Shown here one piece after another: positions 10,176-21,000 of a DNA stretch of 64,000 nucleotides. Numbering within the stretch: the stretch's first letter is position 1; every line of letters starts with the position of its first letter. The notes below the pieces were generated by a model. The model worked only from the letters and a program-made list of their open reading frames with translations, was not told the DNA's origin and searched no databases. Origin of the DNA: a virus (taxonomy: Duplodnaviria > Caudoviricetes); IMG/VR virus record IMGVR_UViG_3300049182_000044, positions 32,001 through 96,000 of that record; one strand, 5' to 3'. Made by a program: the position numbers and the translations under genes.

Positions 10176-10799
10176 ATGGCACGCAAAGCACAACCGAAGA
10201 GCAGCAATAAGCGCTACTTCATCGTTGATGATCTGGCTAAGGTCATCCACTACGGCCCGTTCAACAGCTTTAAAGAAGGCGGTGCAGAATGGGACAGGCT
10301 TGAGGCCGAGTGGGTTGCTGCAAACCCCAGGCCCAAGCGTAAAAATCTGCCTCACGCATATCCGCTGTGCTTGGTTCCCGAACATGACCTCGACAAAGAG
10401 TTCAAGTTCGCTAAGGGCGTGAAGCGCGTGAAGCTGCGTCTGCCGATTCATTTGACCACGAAGTCCGGCTTCAACGTGATGCAGTACGGGGCCGAGGTTG
10501 AAGTCGATTTCGCCAGCATGGACTACGTTGGTCGCATCGACTACACGGACCTCGAAAAGGTGTTCGACCTGCGCAAAGGCGTTCCTGTCAGGCTGTTTGA
10601 TTCGACGCGCTTGTTCATGCGCGGTACACCTGAGAAGATTCTCCCGGCGTTGCAGACGATGTTGAACAATACGCCGAAAACATTTACCGCGCTGAGCAAG
10701 CTGAACTTCACTAGAAACTTCGTGAAAGCGCTTTTCACTTACGTCGGCGATTTGCAGGCAGCGATCAATGCTGTTCAGCAGTACGTCGATAGCGAATAA
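10176..10799 (+). CDS. Hypothetical protein
   Basis: Start MARKAQ after GGGAG RBS; 207 aa. Confidence 0.75.
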   Translation: MARKAQPKSSNKRYFIVDDLAKVIHYGPFNSFKEGGAEWDRLEAEWVAANPRPKRKNLPHAYPLCLVPEHDLDKEFKFAKGVKRVKLRLPIHLTTKSGFNVMQYGAEVEVDFASMDYVGRIDYTDLEKVFDLRKGVPVRLFDSTRLFMRGTPEKILPALQTMLNNTPKTFTALSKLNFTRNFVKALFTYVGDLQAAINAVQQYVDSE

Positions 10800-10807
10800 T
10801 AGAAGTA

Positions 10808-10825
10808 AATACTGTAAAAAGACGG
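10808..10825 (+). promoter_or_regulatory. Putative phage promoter element (TGTAAA family)
   Basis: aatactgtaaaaagacgg, identical 18-mer at 36891-36908; both copies intergenic. Confidence 0.55.
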
Positions 10826-10884
10826 TGCAAACGCACTGTTTCACCCCGTTTTCCACAACAAACCTTTCATAGAAAGACCATACC

Positions 10885-11679
10885 GTGAACGCTAAAGTCA
10901 TCGTTTCCCTGTCCGCTTCCAGCAACAACTTCCTGAACAACGACAATCATCTGAACGTCGCCAAGGTTCAGGAACTGAATGGCAAGATCAAGGAAGCTCT
11001 CAAGGAACTCCCGACCGTCAATGAAAAAGGCAAGGCAATCAAGCCGCCGAAGCCGCTCACCACTTACACGATCAAGCGTAAGGCCAAGATCGTCAAGTTC
11101 GACAGCGCGCTCAACAACGCTGGCAACCTGACATACCTGGCACGTCGCGCAATCCCGGTTAAGGAATGCAAGCGCCTGACCGAACGCGGTGCAGTTCGCA
11201 ACCTCGACATCCTGACCGTGTACGACAAGGAAGTCATCGGCGACAAGCTGTACAAGCAGTGCAAGGAAGCAATGGCGGCAATGAAGACCCACATGGGCCG
11301 TGCCGACAAGACCAAGGAATCGGTCAAGAAGGAAAAGCTGGTCATTCGTGATGCCAATAACAAGGAATTCGCTCGTGGCGTCGCTGCATTCAAGAAATTC
11401 CTGAAGGCAGCAGGCGTTGACCTGGGCAAGGACCTCGTTGAATCGTCCGGCGGCATGGGTGGCAAGGCTGTGCTGTTCCGCCTCGACAAAGAGACGGTTG
11501 TCAGCATCGGTCGTTCCGACACCTCGAAGTTCAAGGCTGCAAAGAAGGCAGCTGAAGAAGCGGGCGACGAAGGCGACGACGAAGATGTGAAGCCGGCCAA
11601 GAACGTCAAGAAGGTCAAGAAAGACGGCGACAAGAAGAAGGTCAAGAAGAACGGCCTGAAGAAGAAGTCCAAGAAGTAA
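10885..11679 (+). CDS. Lys-rich hypothetical protein with KVIVSLSA N-terminal motif
   Basis: 264 aa; acidic then highly basic C-terminal tail. Confidence 0.8.
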   Translation: MNAKVIVSLSASSNNFLNNDNHLNVAKVQELNGKIKEALKELPTVNEKGKAIKPPKPLTTYTIKRKAKIVKFDSALNNAGNLTYLARRAIPVKECKRLTERGAVRNLDILTVYDKEVIGDKLYKQCKEAMAAMKTHMGRADKTKESVKKEKLVIRDANNKEFARGVAAFKKFLKAAGVDLGKDLVESSGGMGGKAVLFRLDKETVVSIGRSDTSKFKAAKKAAEEAGDEGDDEDVKPAKNVKKVKKDGDKKKVKKNGLKKKSKK

Positions 11680-11695
11680 TAACTGATAGCCGGCG

Positions 11696-11723
11696 AGGGA
11701 ACGTGTTCATTCACGTTCCCTTT
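11696..11723 (+). terminator. Terminator hairpin
   Basis: agggaacgtg / cacgttccct 10-bp stem then TT. Confidence 0.7.
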
Positions 11724-11742
11724 CCTGCGTTATGGAGCAATC

Positions 11743-12021
11743 ATGTCTAAGATTCAGATTAGCATCGGTAGTGTAGGGCGCATCAAGAATGCAAAAATCC
11801 GCATACCTATCGGTCGCGATTTCTCTTCGATCTTCAAACGTGTGCAGAACCAAGCTGCGATCATGCAGAATGCTGGCGCACAGATGAAGGAAGACCTTGT
11901 TACGTTGACCAAAGCCGCCACGCCTCAGGCGATGACTTCCGAGGAAGTTGATAATTTATTGGCATCGTTGGATGAGGTCGAGAAGTATCTTAAGCTTGCT
12001 CGTTCCAAAGTCAAACAATAA
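11743..12021 (+). CDS. Hypothetical protein (KIQISIGS N-terminus)
   Basis: 92 aa, GGAG RBS. Confidence 0.7.
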   Translation: MSKIQISIGSVGRIKNAKIRIPIGRDFSSIFKRVQNQAAIMQNAGAQMKEDLVTLTKAATPQAMTSEEVDNLLASLDEVEKYLKLARSKVKQ

Positions 12022-12041
12022 CCCACTAATTGGAGTAGCTC

Positions 12042-12719
12042 ATGACTAAGAAAGCTAAAGTAATCGTCGCAAAGACCAAACCCGCAGCCACAAAGAAAGC
12101 AAAGGTGTTGATCGCAACTTCGGCTGCCAAGAAAGCACCTAAGCCTGCAACCAATGCACAGCACGGAACCTTGATGGGCGTGTATGCCGACCTGGAACAG
12201 ATTCATGAAGAGCTCGAGGACAGCCTCGACAACGTGTCTGATCTGATGGACGAAGTTGAGGCATTGAAAGAAGGCACCTTCACTACTGAAGGCGCTAAGG
12301 CTTTCATCGCCAAGCTGAAAGATGCAATGAAGACCGTGAAGCCTATGATCTCGGCATCGCGCAACCTCGAAAAGGCCCTTATCAAGGCACGTGACGTTGG
12401 CACGAAGAGCGAGATCAAGCCCACTGAAACTGGAGGCGATGCAAACGTCCCGGTGGGTGACGACAGTGACAAAGCCTCGCCTCAAGGCGACATATACACT
12501 GTATACTCCACACTCGGCAACGATGACATTAACTCGATCGTTCGCGCCAAGTCGAAGGCCGAGGCGAAGAAAAAAGCAAAAGATCTGGTCGCGGGCACCG
12601 TGCAATCTGTGATGAAAATGGCTGAGCATGAGATCGAAGGCCAAGGCATTACTGCGAAGCACATTGCACGTATGGACAGCAAAGGCTTTTACGAGTATCG
12701 ACGCGACGGTGGCATTTAA
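12042..12719 (+). CDS. Hypothetical protein (KVIVA / KVLIATSA N-terminus)
   Basis: 225 aa, GGAG RBS. Confidence 0.75.
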   Translation: MTKKAKVIVAKTKPAATKKAKVLIATSAAKKAPKPATNAQHGTLMGVYADLEQIHEELEDSLDNVSDLMDEVEALKEGTFTTEGAKAFIAKLKDAMKTVKPMISASRNLEKALIKARDVGTKSEIKPTETGGDANVPVGDDSDKASPQGDIYTVYSTLGNDDINSIVRAKSKAEAKKKAKDLVAGTVQSVMKMAEHEIEGQGITAKHIARMDSKGFYEYRRDGGI

Positions 12720-12734
12720 ACAGCTGAGGCCTAT

Positions 12735-13163
12735 ATGACCAAGAAGATCAAAATCATGGTGTCGCAATCGAAGTCGAAATTCGGCACCGCTTGGGCTGTC
12801 ATTCGTGACCCCAGCAATGGCAAGTACCTTATCTGTCGCCGTGGCCCTACTGCTAACAACGCGGGTCAGTGGGGCTTCCCTGGTGGCGGAGTGGATGAAG
12901 GTGAGATGCACATCGAGGCCTGCGCTCGTGAAACCTGGGAAGAAATTCAGGTCCGGCTCGCTGTGAAGAACTTTCATGCTGTCGCGCATAGCCCTGACTC
13001 TGCGGTCATCTGGTTCGAGGTATTCAAGCTCGTTCAGCCAAAGGCTACGGAAGAAGTCGATCAGTTCAAGTGGGTACACCCGTATGACCTATACAAGTAC
13101 ACCTTGCACAAGAGCATCAAGGACTATTTCAAGGCACTTCGCTTAGGTGCAAAGACTCTCTAA
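12735..13163 (+). CDS. NUDIX hydrolase
   Basis: Nudix box GQWGFPGGGVDEGEMHIEACARETWEEIQV. Confidence 0.9.
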   Translation: MTKKIKIMVSQSKSKFGTAWAVIRDPSNGKYLICRRGPTANNAGQWGFPGGGVDEGEMHIEACARETWEEIQVRLAVKNFHAVAHSPDSAVIWFEVFKLVQPKATEEVDQFKWVHPYDLYKYTLHKSIKDYFKALRLGAKTL

Positions 13164-13172
13164 GGAAGCATC

Positions 13173-13982
13173 ATGCGAAAACTTTCTCAAGCAGACTACG
13201 AGGCAAAGCTGAAAACGATAGTTCCTACTATCGAATGTCTCGGTCTCTACAAGTCGTCTGCTAAGAAGGTCAAGCACGCCTGTACCGTTTGTGGCTACTG
13301 CTGGGATGTGGTTCCGTCCTCATTCCTGCATCGTGGTTACGGCTGTCCAAAGTGCAACGGTACAGGTGGCAATGGTGGTATGCAAGAGGGCATTTACGTT
13401 GACCGTTTGTTTGAAGTCAACCCAAACATCCTGTTCATCGGCCCTTTTGTGTCAACTGACAGGGACGCTTTGCATAACTGCTTGCAGTGCGGTGAAGACT
13501 TCGAGATACTTCCTGCAAACGCTTTACGTGGTCGCGGGTGTTCGTCATGTTCTACTGAAAACCGTTCTGCATTTGGCAATGCATGGAAGACTCACGAAAG
13601 CACAGGTATGCGAGTACAAGGATTTGAGACCTTTGCACTCGACTATTTGAAAAAGAGCTTGCACGATTTCAGGCACTACACCTTCAAAATAAGCGAAGGC
13701 AAGCCTGTCATCCAGTATGTCGAGAATGGGAAAACTCGCAAATACTTTCCTGACTTCTATCGCCCCTTTAGCAGGACGGTTATCGAAGTGAAATCAACGT
13801 ACACCTTCTTAGGCACGAAAGAGATGTTTCAAAACATCAGTGCCAAAAGGCAAGCCTGCGTAACACAAGGATACAAATTCAAGCTGTTGCTTATGAGTCG
13901 CACTGGTAGGCGCTTGAAGGTGCCGATCAATTGGTGGCTCATGCCTTACGAGGAATTACACGCAAAGGTTTATCATGCTTAA
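13173..13982 (+). CDS. Zinc-ribbon / PD-(D/E)xK endonuclease, homing-endonuclease-like
   Basis: Two CxxC...CxxC repeats then YFPDFY...IEVKSTYT nuclease motif. Confidence 0.7.
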   Translation: MRKLSQADYEAKLKTIVPTIECLGLYKSSAKKVKHACTVCGYCWDVVPSSFLHRGYGCPKCNGTGGNGGMQEGIYVDRLFEVNPNILFIGPFVSTDRDALHNCLQCGEDFEILPANALRGRGCSSCSTENRSAFGNAWKTHESTGMRVQGFETFALDYLKKSLHDFRHYTFKISEGKPVIQYVENGKTRKYFPDFYRPFSRTVIEVKSTYTFLGTKEMFQNISAKRQACVTQGYKFKLLLMSRTGRRLKVPINWWLMPYEELHAKVYHA

Positions 13983-14607
13983 GAAGAAAGACTCCTCAGG
14001 GCTTGGGAAGAAAAAGAAAGTCAGCACCGAAATGGTGGTGGTTGATTCTAGCAAGCCTGTAGAAAAGAAGAAAAAGAAACTGAAGGCACATTCGCCTAAA
14101 GCAATCGAAAAGGCAAAGAACAAGTTGGTTGCGAAAGAGGCAGAAATCGAGCAAGAGCTTCAAACGCTGGAAATTCCAAAAGGTCGGACGCCGGATGAAC
14201 GCCGAATGCTTGAAGAGTATTCGCGCATGCTGTACATGAACTCCCAACTGATTAAGCGGATGAAAAAGAAGCTTAAGGAGAACTTGAACAGCAAGGACAT
14301 CTATGCGTTGTCAACTCTCATGAGTCAGCAGCGCGAAGTGATTGCCGATATTCGTTCCGTGTCTGATATGTCAGGTCAGGTTGCGACGTTGGAAGCGAAT
14401 ATGTTGCAACCCATGGTGCGTAGCATCGGCCAGAACATGCTCGATTCGTTCTACCAATTGCGCAAGCTTATTATCGAGACCTCGAAGCCGAACGAAACGC
14501 AATTCGCATTACAGAAGCTGGACGAGATCACCAAAGAGCAGGGCAAGTTCCTGCACATGCAGTACGGTGATGCGGTCGGCAAGATCAGTCAAATCATGAT
14601 GGGATAA
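13975..14607 (+). CDS. Hypothetical helical protein with basic N-terminus
   Basis: 210 aa ORF. Confidence 0.7.
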   Translation: MLKKKDSSGLGKKKKVSTEMVVVDSSKPVEKKKKKLKAHSPKAIEKAKNKLVAKEAEIEQELQTLEIPKGRTPDERRMLEEYSRMLYMNSQLIKRMKKKLKENLNSKDIYALSTLMSQQREVIADIRSVSDMSGQVATLEANMLQPMVRSIGQNMLDSFYQLRKLIIETSKPNETQFALQKLDEITKEQGKFLHMQYGDAVGKISQIMMG

Positions 14608-14610
14608 ATC

Positions 14611-14973
14611 ATGGCTAAACTTCATGTAGCACTTGCATCACAGCCCGAGCACAAATTCACGGGCTCGATCAAACTTCCCGGTATGACTCCTTTCTATTTC
14701 AATACAAAGGCCGTATCGGACAAGCAGGCAAAGAACAATGGCGTGGCTCAATTCGCCCGCAAGTTGAATATGTCAGTGGCGAACTTGCAGCGTCACATGA
14801 AGGACTATAAGCCGAAGATTGACATTTCGATGACTGAAGAGGCAAAGCCACCGAAAGAGGCTAAGCCCAAGCAACCCAAGCCTACGAAGGTCAAGATCGA
14901 TCACGAAGAAGCTCCAAAGGCTCCTATAATCGTAGCACCGAAGAAAGACAACCCGCAAGGCTCTTTATTCTAA
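14611..14973 (+). CDS. Hypothetical protein (KLHVALAS N-terminus)
   Basis: 120 aa ORF, Lys/Pro-rich tail. Confidence 0.7.
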   Translation: MAKLHVALASQPEHKFTGSIKLPGMTPFYFNTKAVSDKQAKNNGVAQFARKLNMSVANLQRHMKDYKPKIDISMTEEAKPPKEAKPKQPKPTKVKIDHEEAPKAPIIVAPKKDNPQGSLF

Positions 14974-14985
14974 CTGGAAGACATC

Positions 14986-16275
14986 ATGAAAGTTCAAATC
15001 AGCCTCTCGGCCACCTCCTTTGAAAAGGGTGACCGCATCATTGCCAAGATCGCTAAAAACGAATGGCACACTGGAACCGTAACACGCGCTGGGGCTAAAC
15101 TTGGTTTGAAATTCGATGACGGCGCAACTGCGACTGTCGATCCCGAAGACTTTAAACTGGTCAAGAAGTTGACTACCGATAAGGTCTCGAAGAAACCTTT
15201 GACCGACGTTCAGGCAAAGCCATTGTTCGCCAAGGTAAAGAAAGAAAAGGCGACAAAGGATCCGAAGCCGGGTAAGAAGGTAAAGGTCGATGTGTCGGCT
15301 CTCCCCAGCGAGAAGCAGCAGAAGACTACGACCGTCGATCTCGACGCTCCGAACTACGATGACTGGATCAGCAAGTTCACCAAAGAGAAGGCTCAGAAGC
15401 AAATCGAAAAGCTGAAAGCCAAGATCGAAAAGATCAATGCAGCGGGGATGCGTGGTGCTCGCAAGTACGAAGACGCAGGTCCTATGGACCTCGCTTGGGA
15501 GAAGGCACAGCCTCTGCAAAACCAAGTAGACTTGCTTGAGTTCTGGCTGAAGAATCCGAAGAAGCAACCGCCGAAGGAAATGATTGCTGCATTCAACGAG
15601 CACCAAAGCCGTGAGCAGCGTAGTAAGCAATTCAAAGCACAACGCAAAGAGGCTGCTAGCAAGTTCCCTAGCTTGATTGGCAAGACCATCCAGTTCCAGA
15701 GCAAACGTGGGCTAATCGAAGCAGTCGTTATCAAGCAGTTGCCTGGTAAGTGGAGCGACAAGCCGCGTTACAAAGCACAGGAAGAAGGCAGGGGCACATG
15801 GACTGTGTCTCATGATCTGGTGCTGAAGGTGATTGACAAGGGCACGAATGCCAACTTGAAGAAGATCAACGAAGCTGCGGACAACAAGAAGGCATTGGCT
15901 AAACTGCTCAAAGAGAGCATCGGCGGTGAGATCACTTGGACCTCGTCCCGCCTGAACAAATCGGTGAAGGGTAGACTTACAGCAGTCGGACCTTCCAAGG
16001 TCAAAGCTACTGCGTTGGACAGTGGCGGTGATTGGAAGATTCCGCTCAACTTAATTACCCACGTAGGCGGCCAGCCGCTCGATAAGGGCATTGCAGGCTT
16101 GAAGCCGGCTAAGCCGTTGGTGGAGTCTGGACTGTTCATGGTTTATGACCGTCAAGGCAAACCGTTGATGAATAAGCCGGGTACGAAAGCAGAAGCGGAA
16201 AAGGCTTCTATGGAATACCTGAAGAACAACATGCGTCCGGGTGTCATGACTATGACGCGACCAGTCTACAAGTAA
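14986..16275 (+). CDS. Lys-rich hypothetical protein (KVQISLSA N-terminus) with repeated small SH3/KOW-like beta modules
   Basis: 429 aa; recurring G..I...G.V....K/W.V pattern suggests 3-4 small barrels (inference). Confidence 0.7.
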   Translation: MKVQISLSATSFEKGDRIIAKIAKNEWHTGTVTRAGAKLGLKFDDGATATVDPEDFKLVKKLTTDKVSKKPLTDVQAKPLFAKVKKEKATKDPKPGKKVKVDVSALPSEKQQKTTTVDLDAPNYDDWISKFTKEKAQKQIEKLKAKIEKINAAGMRGARKYEDAGPMDLAWEKAQPLQNQVDLLEFWLKNPKKQPPKEMIAAFNEHQSREQRSKQFKAQRKEAASKFPSLIGKTIQFQSKRGLIEAVVIKQLPGKWSDKPRYKAQEEGRGTWTVSHDLVLKVIDKGTNANLKKINEAADNKKALAKLLKESIGGEITWTSSRLNKSVKGRLTAVGPSKVKATALDSGGDWKIPLNLITHVGGQPLDKGIAGLKPAKPLVESGLFMVYDRQGKPLMNKPGTKAEAEKASMEYLKNNMRPGVMTMTRPVYK

Positions 16276-16279
16276 TATC

Positions 16280-16588
16280 ATGGCACGTTTTCGTCCTGTA
16301 GGCCCGAAGCGTCCGTCAGTCGTTGCAAAGATCAGGCGCACAAAGACTCAGGCCTATGGGACGAAAGACCAGTGGGCTGTAATGTCAGCGGCATGTATTG
16401 CACGAGACGGGCATCGCTGTAAGCAATGCGGCAACCCGTCTCGTCCCGGCAATAGACTGAACGCGCATCACATTATCCCAGTTGCAAAGGGTGGCAAAAC
16501 CGTTCTCTACAATCTCAAAACACTGTGCGAAACGTGTCACTCGAAACAACCCGGGCATGGGCACATGCTTCGCAGACATAGACACTGA
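16280..16588 (+). CDS. HNH endonuclease (small, McrA/gp74-like)
   Basis: RDGHRCKQCG...AHHIIPVAKGG....NLKTLCETCHSK. Confidence 0.9.
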   Translation: MARFRPVGPKRPSVVAKIRRTKTQAYGTKDQWAVMSAACIARDGHRCKQCGNPSRPGNRLNAHHIIPVAKGGKTVLYNLKTLCETCHSKQPGHGHMLRRHRH

Positions 16589-16721
16589 AAGGCATCACCA
16601 TGGCTGTACCCAAGACACTTAACTCATGACGACGTATGGGCTCCCTCGAAAGACGGAGCCTGTCCTCGTTTATGCGCCAATAAATATAATTTAAAGTATC
16701 GAACCACTAAGAGGATTCCTT

Positions 16722-17573
16722 ATGGATGCCCAGGCAATCACAGGGCGTATGTTGACCTCGCTGAGTGCAGACAAGCACACTATGATCCGGCATTACTTGT
16801 TAGCCTTCGGGATCACTAATGCCGGCAGCGATAAACTTCCGCCCGTATTCAAAGAGAAGCACCAGCCAGAATGGGAAGCGTTCACACGCGAGTTTGAGCT
16901 GAGCGTTCCTCGTGCAACGAAAGAGAAGATCGCCCTGTACCGCGTACTGGAGTTTGTGCGCTACATGAAACATATGGGCATCAACCCATTCCAAGGAGCG
17001 TTTAAGCATCCTGCTGAAGCGAAGATTGCTAGCAAGGGTGTCGATCCGGTCAAGGTGTACGAGAAGCTGCTTGAATCGAGTATGTTCGACGTTGCGCGGT
17101 CGATTTCGAGACTGGCTCACAAGACGCATTTGCTTTTGCAGATGAAGATCGCGAAGTCAGTGTCAGATGTGAAGGCGAAGAACGGGCAGTATGTTCTTAC
17201 AACAGCGTTCATTCTTAAACCTCAACGCAAAGATGACACTTTGGACGGGGTCTTGACAAACATGCGTGGTCTGTTGTATAATGACAGTAAAGTGCCAGTT
17301 CAACTCACTGAGCGCAAGCAAGCCCTGCCAAAGACCTCCCGCGCAAAACCCAAGATTCAAAATAGCAAAGCTGAAGTGCTGCTCCGAAGCGAATCCTTCA
17401 TGGGATGGTATCCGCTGTCCAAGAACGATCACTTCGTTGCGTACTTGATCCGCGCACGGGAAGACCTGCTTGTGTTCAAAGTCAAAGTGGCACTTGATGT
17501 AGACGTAAACCTAGGCTCTTCTACCAAGCAGACAATCATGCGTCTTTGGACGAAGGCGTTTAAATCAATTTAA
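16722..17573 (+). CDS. Hypothetical protein (RMLTSLSA motif near N-terminus)
   Basis: 283 aa, GAGG RBS. Confidence 0.7.
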   Translation: MDAQAITGRMLTSLSADKHTMIRHYLLAFGITNAGSDKLPPVFKEKHQPEWEAFTREFELSVPRATKEKIALYRVLEFVRYMKHMGINPFQGAFKHPAEAKIASKGVDPVKVYEKLLESSMFDVARSISRLAHKTHLLLQMKIAKSVSDVKAKNGQYVLTTAFILKPQRKDDTLDGVLTNMRGLLYNDSKVPVQLTERKQALPKTSRAKPKIQNSKAEVLLRSESFMGWYPLSKNDHFVAYLIRAREDLLVFKVKVALDVDVNLGSSTKQTIMRLWTKAFKSI

Positions 17574-17601
17574 TGTAAATCGAAGGAAATGGGCATTCAC
17601 C

Positions 17602-18045
17602 ATGAATGAGAAAATCAGAAGTACCATCGAAAAGATCTCGGCTCTTTCGTTTAACGCTCGCGTGATCGCTGATCGCCTCGGGGTTAAGGGTTCGGCCAAA
17701 CAGGTATCTACCAGTGCGGGTGTCGAGGACGTTAATACGCTCAAGGATCAGATCATTACGCTCAACAAAGAAGTCGATGCATTGCGCGACCTCATTGATG
17801 ACGAGCATGATGCAGTCTTCACCGACGAACAGGCAAGCACATTCACCGCGGCTTTCGAGAAGAGCCTCGCTGATTTGCCGCATGTGGTCATCAGCTCGGT
17901 GTACACAGCAGAATACTTGAAGGCAAACCCGCGTAACATTCGTTACCTGATCTGCCTGACTCTGGTGAACACGTTCACCACTCGCAACCTTGTGCCGATG
18001 CCTTTGTGGTACACGGTCATCGCAAACAACGGTTCTCTTAATTAA
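17602..18045 (+). CDS. Hypothetical protein
   Basis: 147 aa ORF. Confidence 0.7.
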   Translation: MNEKIRSTIEKISALSFNARVIADRLGVKGSAKQVSTSAGVEDVNTLKDQIITLNKEVDALRDLIDDEHDAVFTDEQASTFTAAFEKSLADLPHVVISSVYTAEYLKANPRNIRYLICLTLVNTFTTRNLVPMPLWYTVIANNGSLN

Positions 18046-18057
18046 CAGGGAAGAACA

Positions 18058-21000
18058 ATGAACAACAGTTCCATTCATGAGGCAAGTGCTCTCGGCAATG
18101 CACTCGAGGGCGGTGAAGGCATGACTCCTCTGGAGCGTGCTCAGACTTCACTCTCGAACACTTCGTTCGAGGCGTTGTTGCCTATTCAGCTCGATCCGGA
18201 TTCACAAGTTGCAAAGGACTACGACCAGGTATTCTACCCGCGTCGTAAGCCGCTGAAAGGTGCGTTCACCAATCGCGGTATGTATCCTGAACTGGCGAAA
18301 TACCTCGCCGAAGTCAGCGGCTATCTCAATGCGGTGTTCAGCCAAGCTCGTTACCTGCTCAGTGAAGCACCTCTGCTGGCTACGATGCCGAAAGATGCGA
18401 CGATGGCGATGACCACTCGCCACCTCGATACGGTCATCAAACGCATCGACAAAGACAACATCAACATCGCGCAAAAGGCGTTCATCGAATCCGTTAGCAG
18501 CGGTAAGGCTCACATCATCAAGCCGTCCAACCGTTACAAGAACGGCTTCGATGTGATCTACAGTGGCTTGCCGACGTTTGGTGGTGCGAAGGGTACCGCG
18601 ATCTCTCTGCAGCCCGGTGCCGGTGGCATCAATCACGCTTTGCCGGAAAGCACTCGTGACGCAGGCTGGCGTGGTATGCGTGAAGAAGGCGGCTCGTTGA
18701 CACTCGAAATAGGCAAGCGTTCGCTCACTATGTGCCGCGAACTCATTACCGACCTCTTCGAGGACGCAAACATCGGTACGCTGGCCACCGCGCACAATCG
18801 TCACACGAAGATCCTCCCGCTTGACTTTGACTTCCGTAAGGTTGTTGGTGATGCGGTTGATGCAATGAAGGGCCTTGGCGTTGACATGCGCCCTCTCGCA
18901 GACATCCCGAAGGTGGACCCGCTGCTGTTCAAAGGTCTCGGTAAGTACTTCTCTATCGTAGCCATCTACGAAGCCAACCACAACATCGTTCGCAAGCGTT
19001 TGATCGACGAAACCCAAACGCCTGAGAACTACAACATGAACGAGGACTTCCTCGCGATGCAGCCGAACATCGGCTTCTCTATCGTGATGCACCTCCCGCA
19101 GGAAATCGTTTCGTTCATCACCCAGACGAAGCCGAGTGATCGCGTTCCTCTCGCAGCACTCAATACCTGGGTGTCTGCATGGTCGCGCGCTCTGTTGAAG
19201 ATTCCGAAAGCGAAGGCCAAGAAGGGCGAGCGTGTTACCGTTATGGGCAGCCCGCGATATGTCCTGCCTGCATCGACAACAACTGCACTGATCGAGCGTC
19301 GTAAGCAGCTGGGCTTCTTCACTGAGGAAGGTCGTACTAACGAAGACAACCTCTATGTGTCGAATGTCGGTACGTTGAACTTCTGCCCGAAGTCGTCTGA
19401 TCTGGCGATGGAGAACGCTCGCAATTACGAGCGCCTGCTGGAGGAAGCACTTCAGTTGTCTTTCGACGCGGGTACTCCGCTCAATGCTTCTCAGATGGGT
19501 GAAACGAATCCGGTATTCGGCCTCGTGCATCCTGAATATCGTGAGAAGATTGCAGGCTTGAAGTCGCAACTCAAGCGTTACGCCGGTGCTGTGCAGACCT
19601 ACAGCTGGGATTACAACTGCATTCTGACCAGTGCTATGAGTGACCCGGACAAGCTGATCGCTACCAATCTGGCCGGTGCTGCAAAGCCTGATGAACTGTC
19701 CGTCGCAGATTACCTGCGTAAGCCGTTCGCACAGTCTATGATGCTTCTGTTCCCCGACTCGAAGGCAGACGTAGTTGACGAATCGGATCCGATGAAGAAG
19801 GTCACTGCTGACGGCAAGACCGAAAGCAAGACCAAGCCGGCTACGATGGCCACTTACGGTCACGGCGGTTCTGCCACTCCGATGCTGCGTACCTCGGTGT
19901 TTCAGAACGCGAAGAAGCTGTACACCTACCTGCTTCAAGACAAAGCTGTACCTTCATTTCAAGAGCTGGTCGATAAAGCTGCTCAAGACCTAAACGTCAA
20001 GAACTTGGAGACAGACGAGCACGTAGCACCGTATGAGAAGAATCTTTTCAACGGCCTGCTCACAGCGGATCTGAAGGTGTCTCCTGTACTTAATCCGGCA
20101 ACGTCCTCTCCTCAGCGTCAAGTTGACGCGATCTGGACGATGCTGGAACGAGCTATTCGTGACTCTTCCGGCTTTCCTGGCTCGAATCTGGCGCGGCATT
20201 GTTATGCAACTGGTGAGAACATCGACGAGAACGATCACTTCTTCAACCCGGAGCATTTCACACTGGCCGAGTTCAAGAACGTCTACAAGTATTTCGGTGG
20301 GCGTATTTTCTACCATGCGATGCAGGCACTGGCGCATGCTGATCGCAAGAAGCTGATGGTGATCAACCTCGAAAACCCGCAGCCGCAAGTGAACTTCACT
20401 GCACTCGTGAACGAGGTAATACCGCTTGCTGTCATGCTCAGCAAGTACGTCCCGCAGTCGGAACAGATCTACACGAAGGCAGACGAACTGGCAGAGAAGA
20501 ACAAGCGCAACACTTCGATCACGGCTGATGACATCCATGTGCCGGGCTCGAAAGGTCCGAATGCTCAAACAGGCGATCCGGGCTTCCAATTGTTCCCGCA
20601 CCAGATCGAAAGTCACCAATACCTGCGTAATGCTCCTCGCTTCGCTGTGCTGGACATTGCACCGGGCGGTGGTAAGACCATTGCAGTTCTGTCTGATATT
20701 GCGAACTTGGTTCGTGATAAGAAGTGCACGAAGCCGTTGATCGCATGCCCGAATGGCCTGGTACGTAACTGGGTTGAGGACATGCACAAGATCACCCAGG
20801 GCAAGTGGAATATCATCCCGATCACCACTTCAATCTATCGTACCTGGGGTGACGAGCGTCTGACCAAGATGATTCACAATGCACCGCGAAACACTATCGT
20901 GGTCGTCGGCTTGTCAGTTCTCAAGCTGCAGAAGTATCCGGTCGTTATCGGCAATCACGTTGAAGTCGTCTCCGGTACGCTGGAGTTCATCAAGAAGTTC

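Noticed and set aside
13975-14607. Terminase small subunit
   Set aside because: Size and helical character fit, but no recognisable motif and no large subunit in the window
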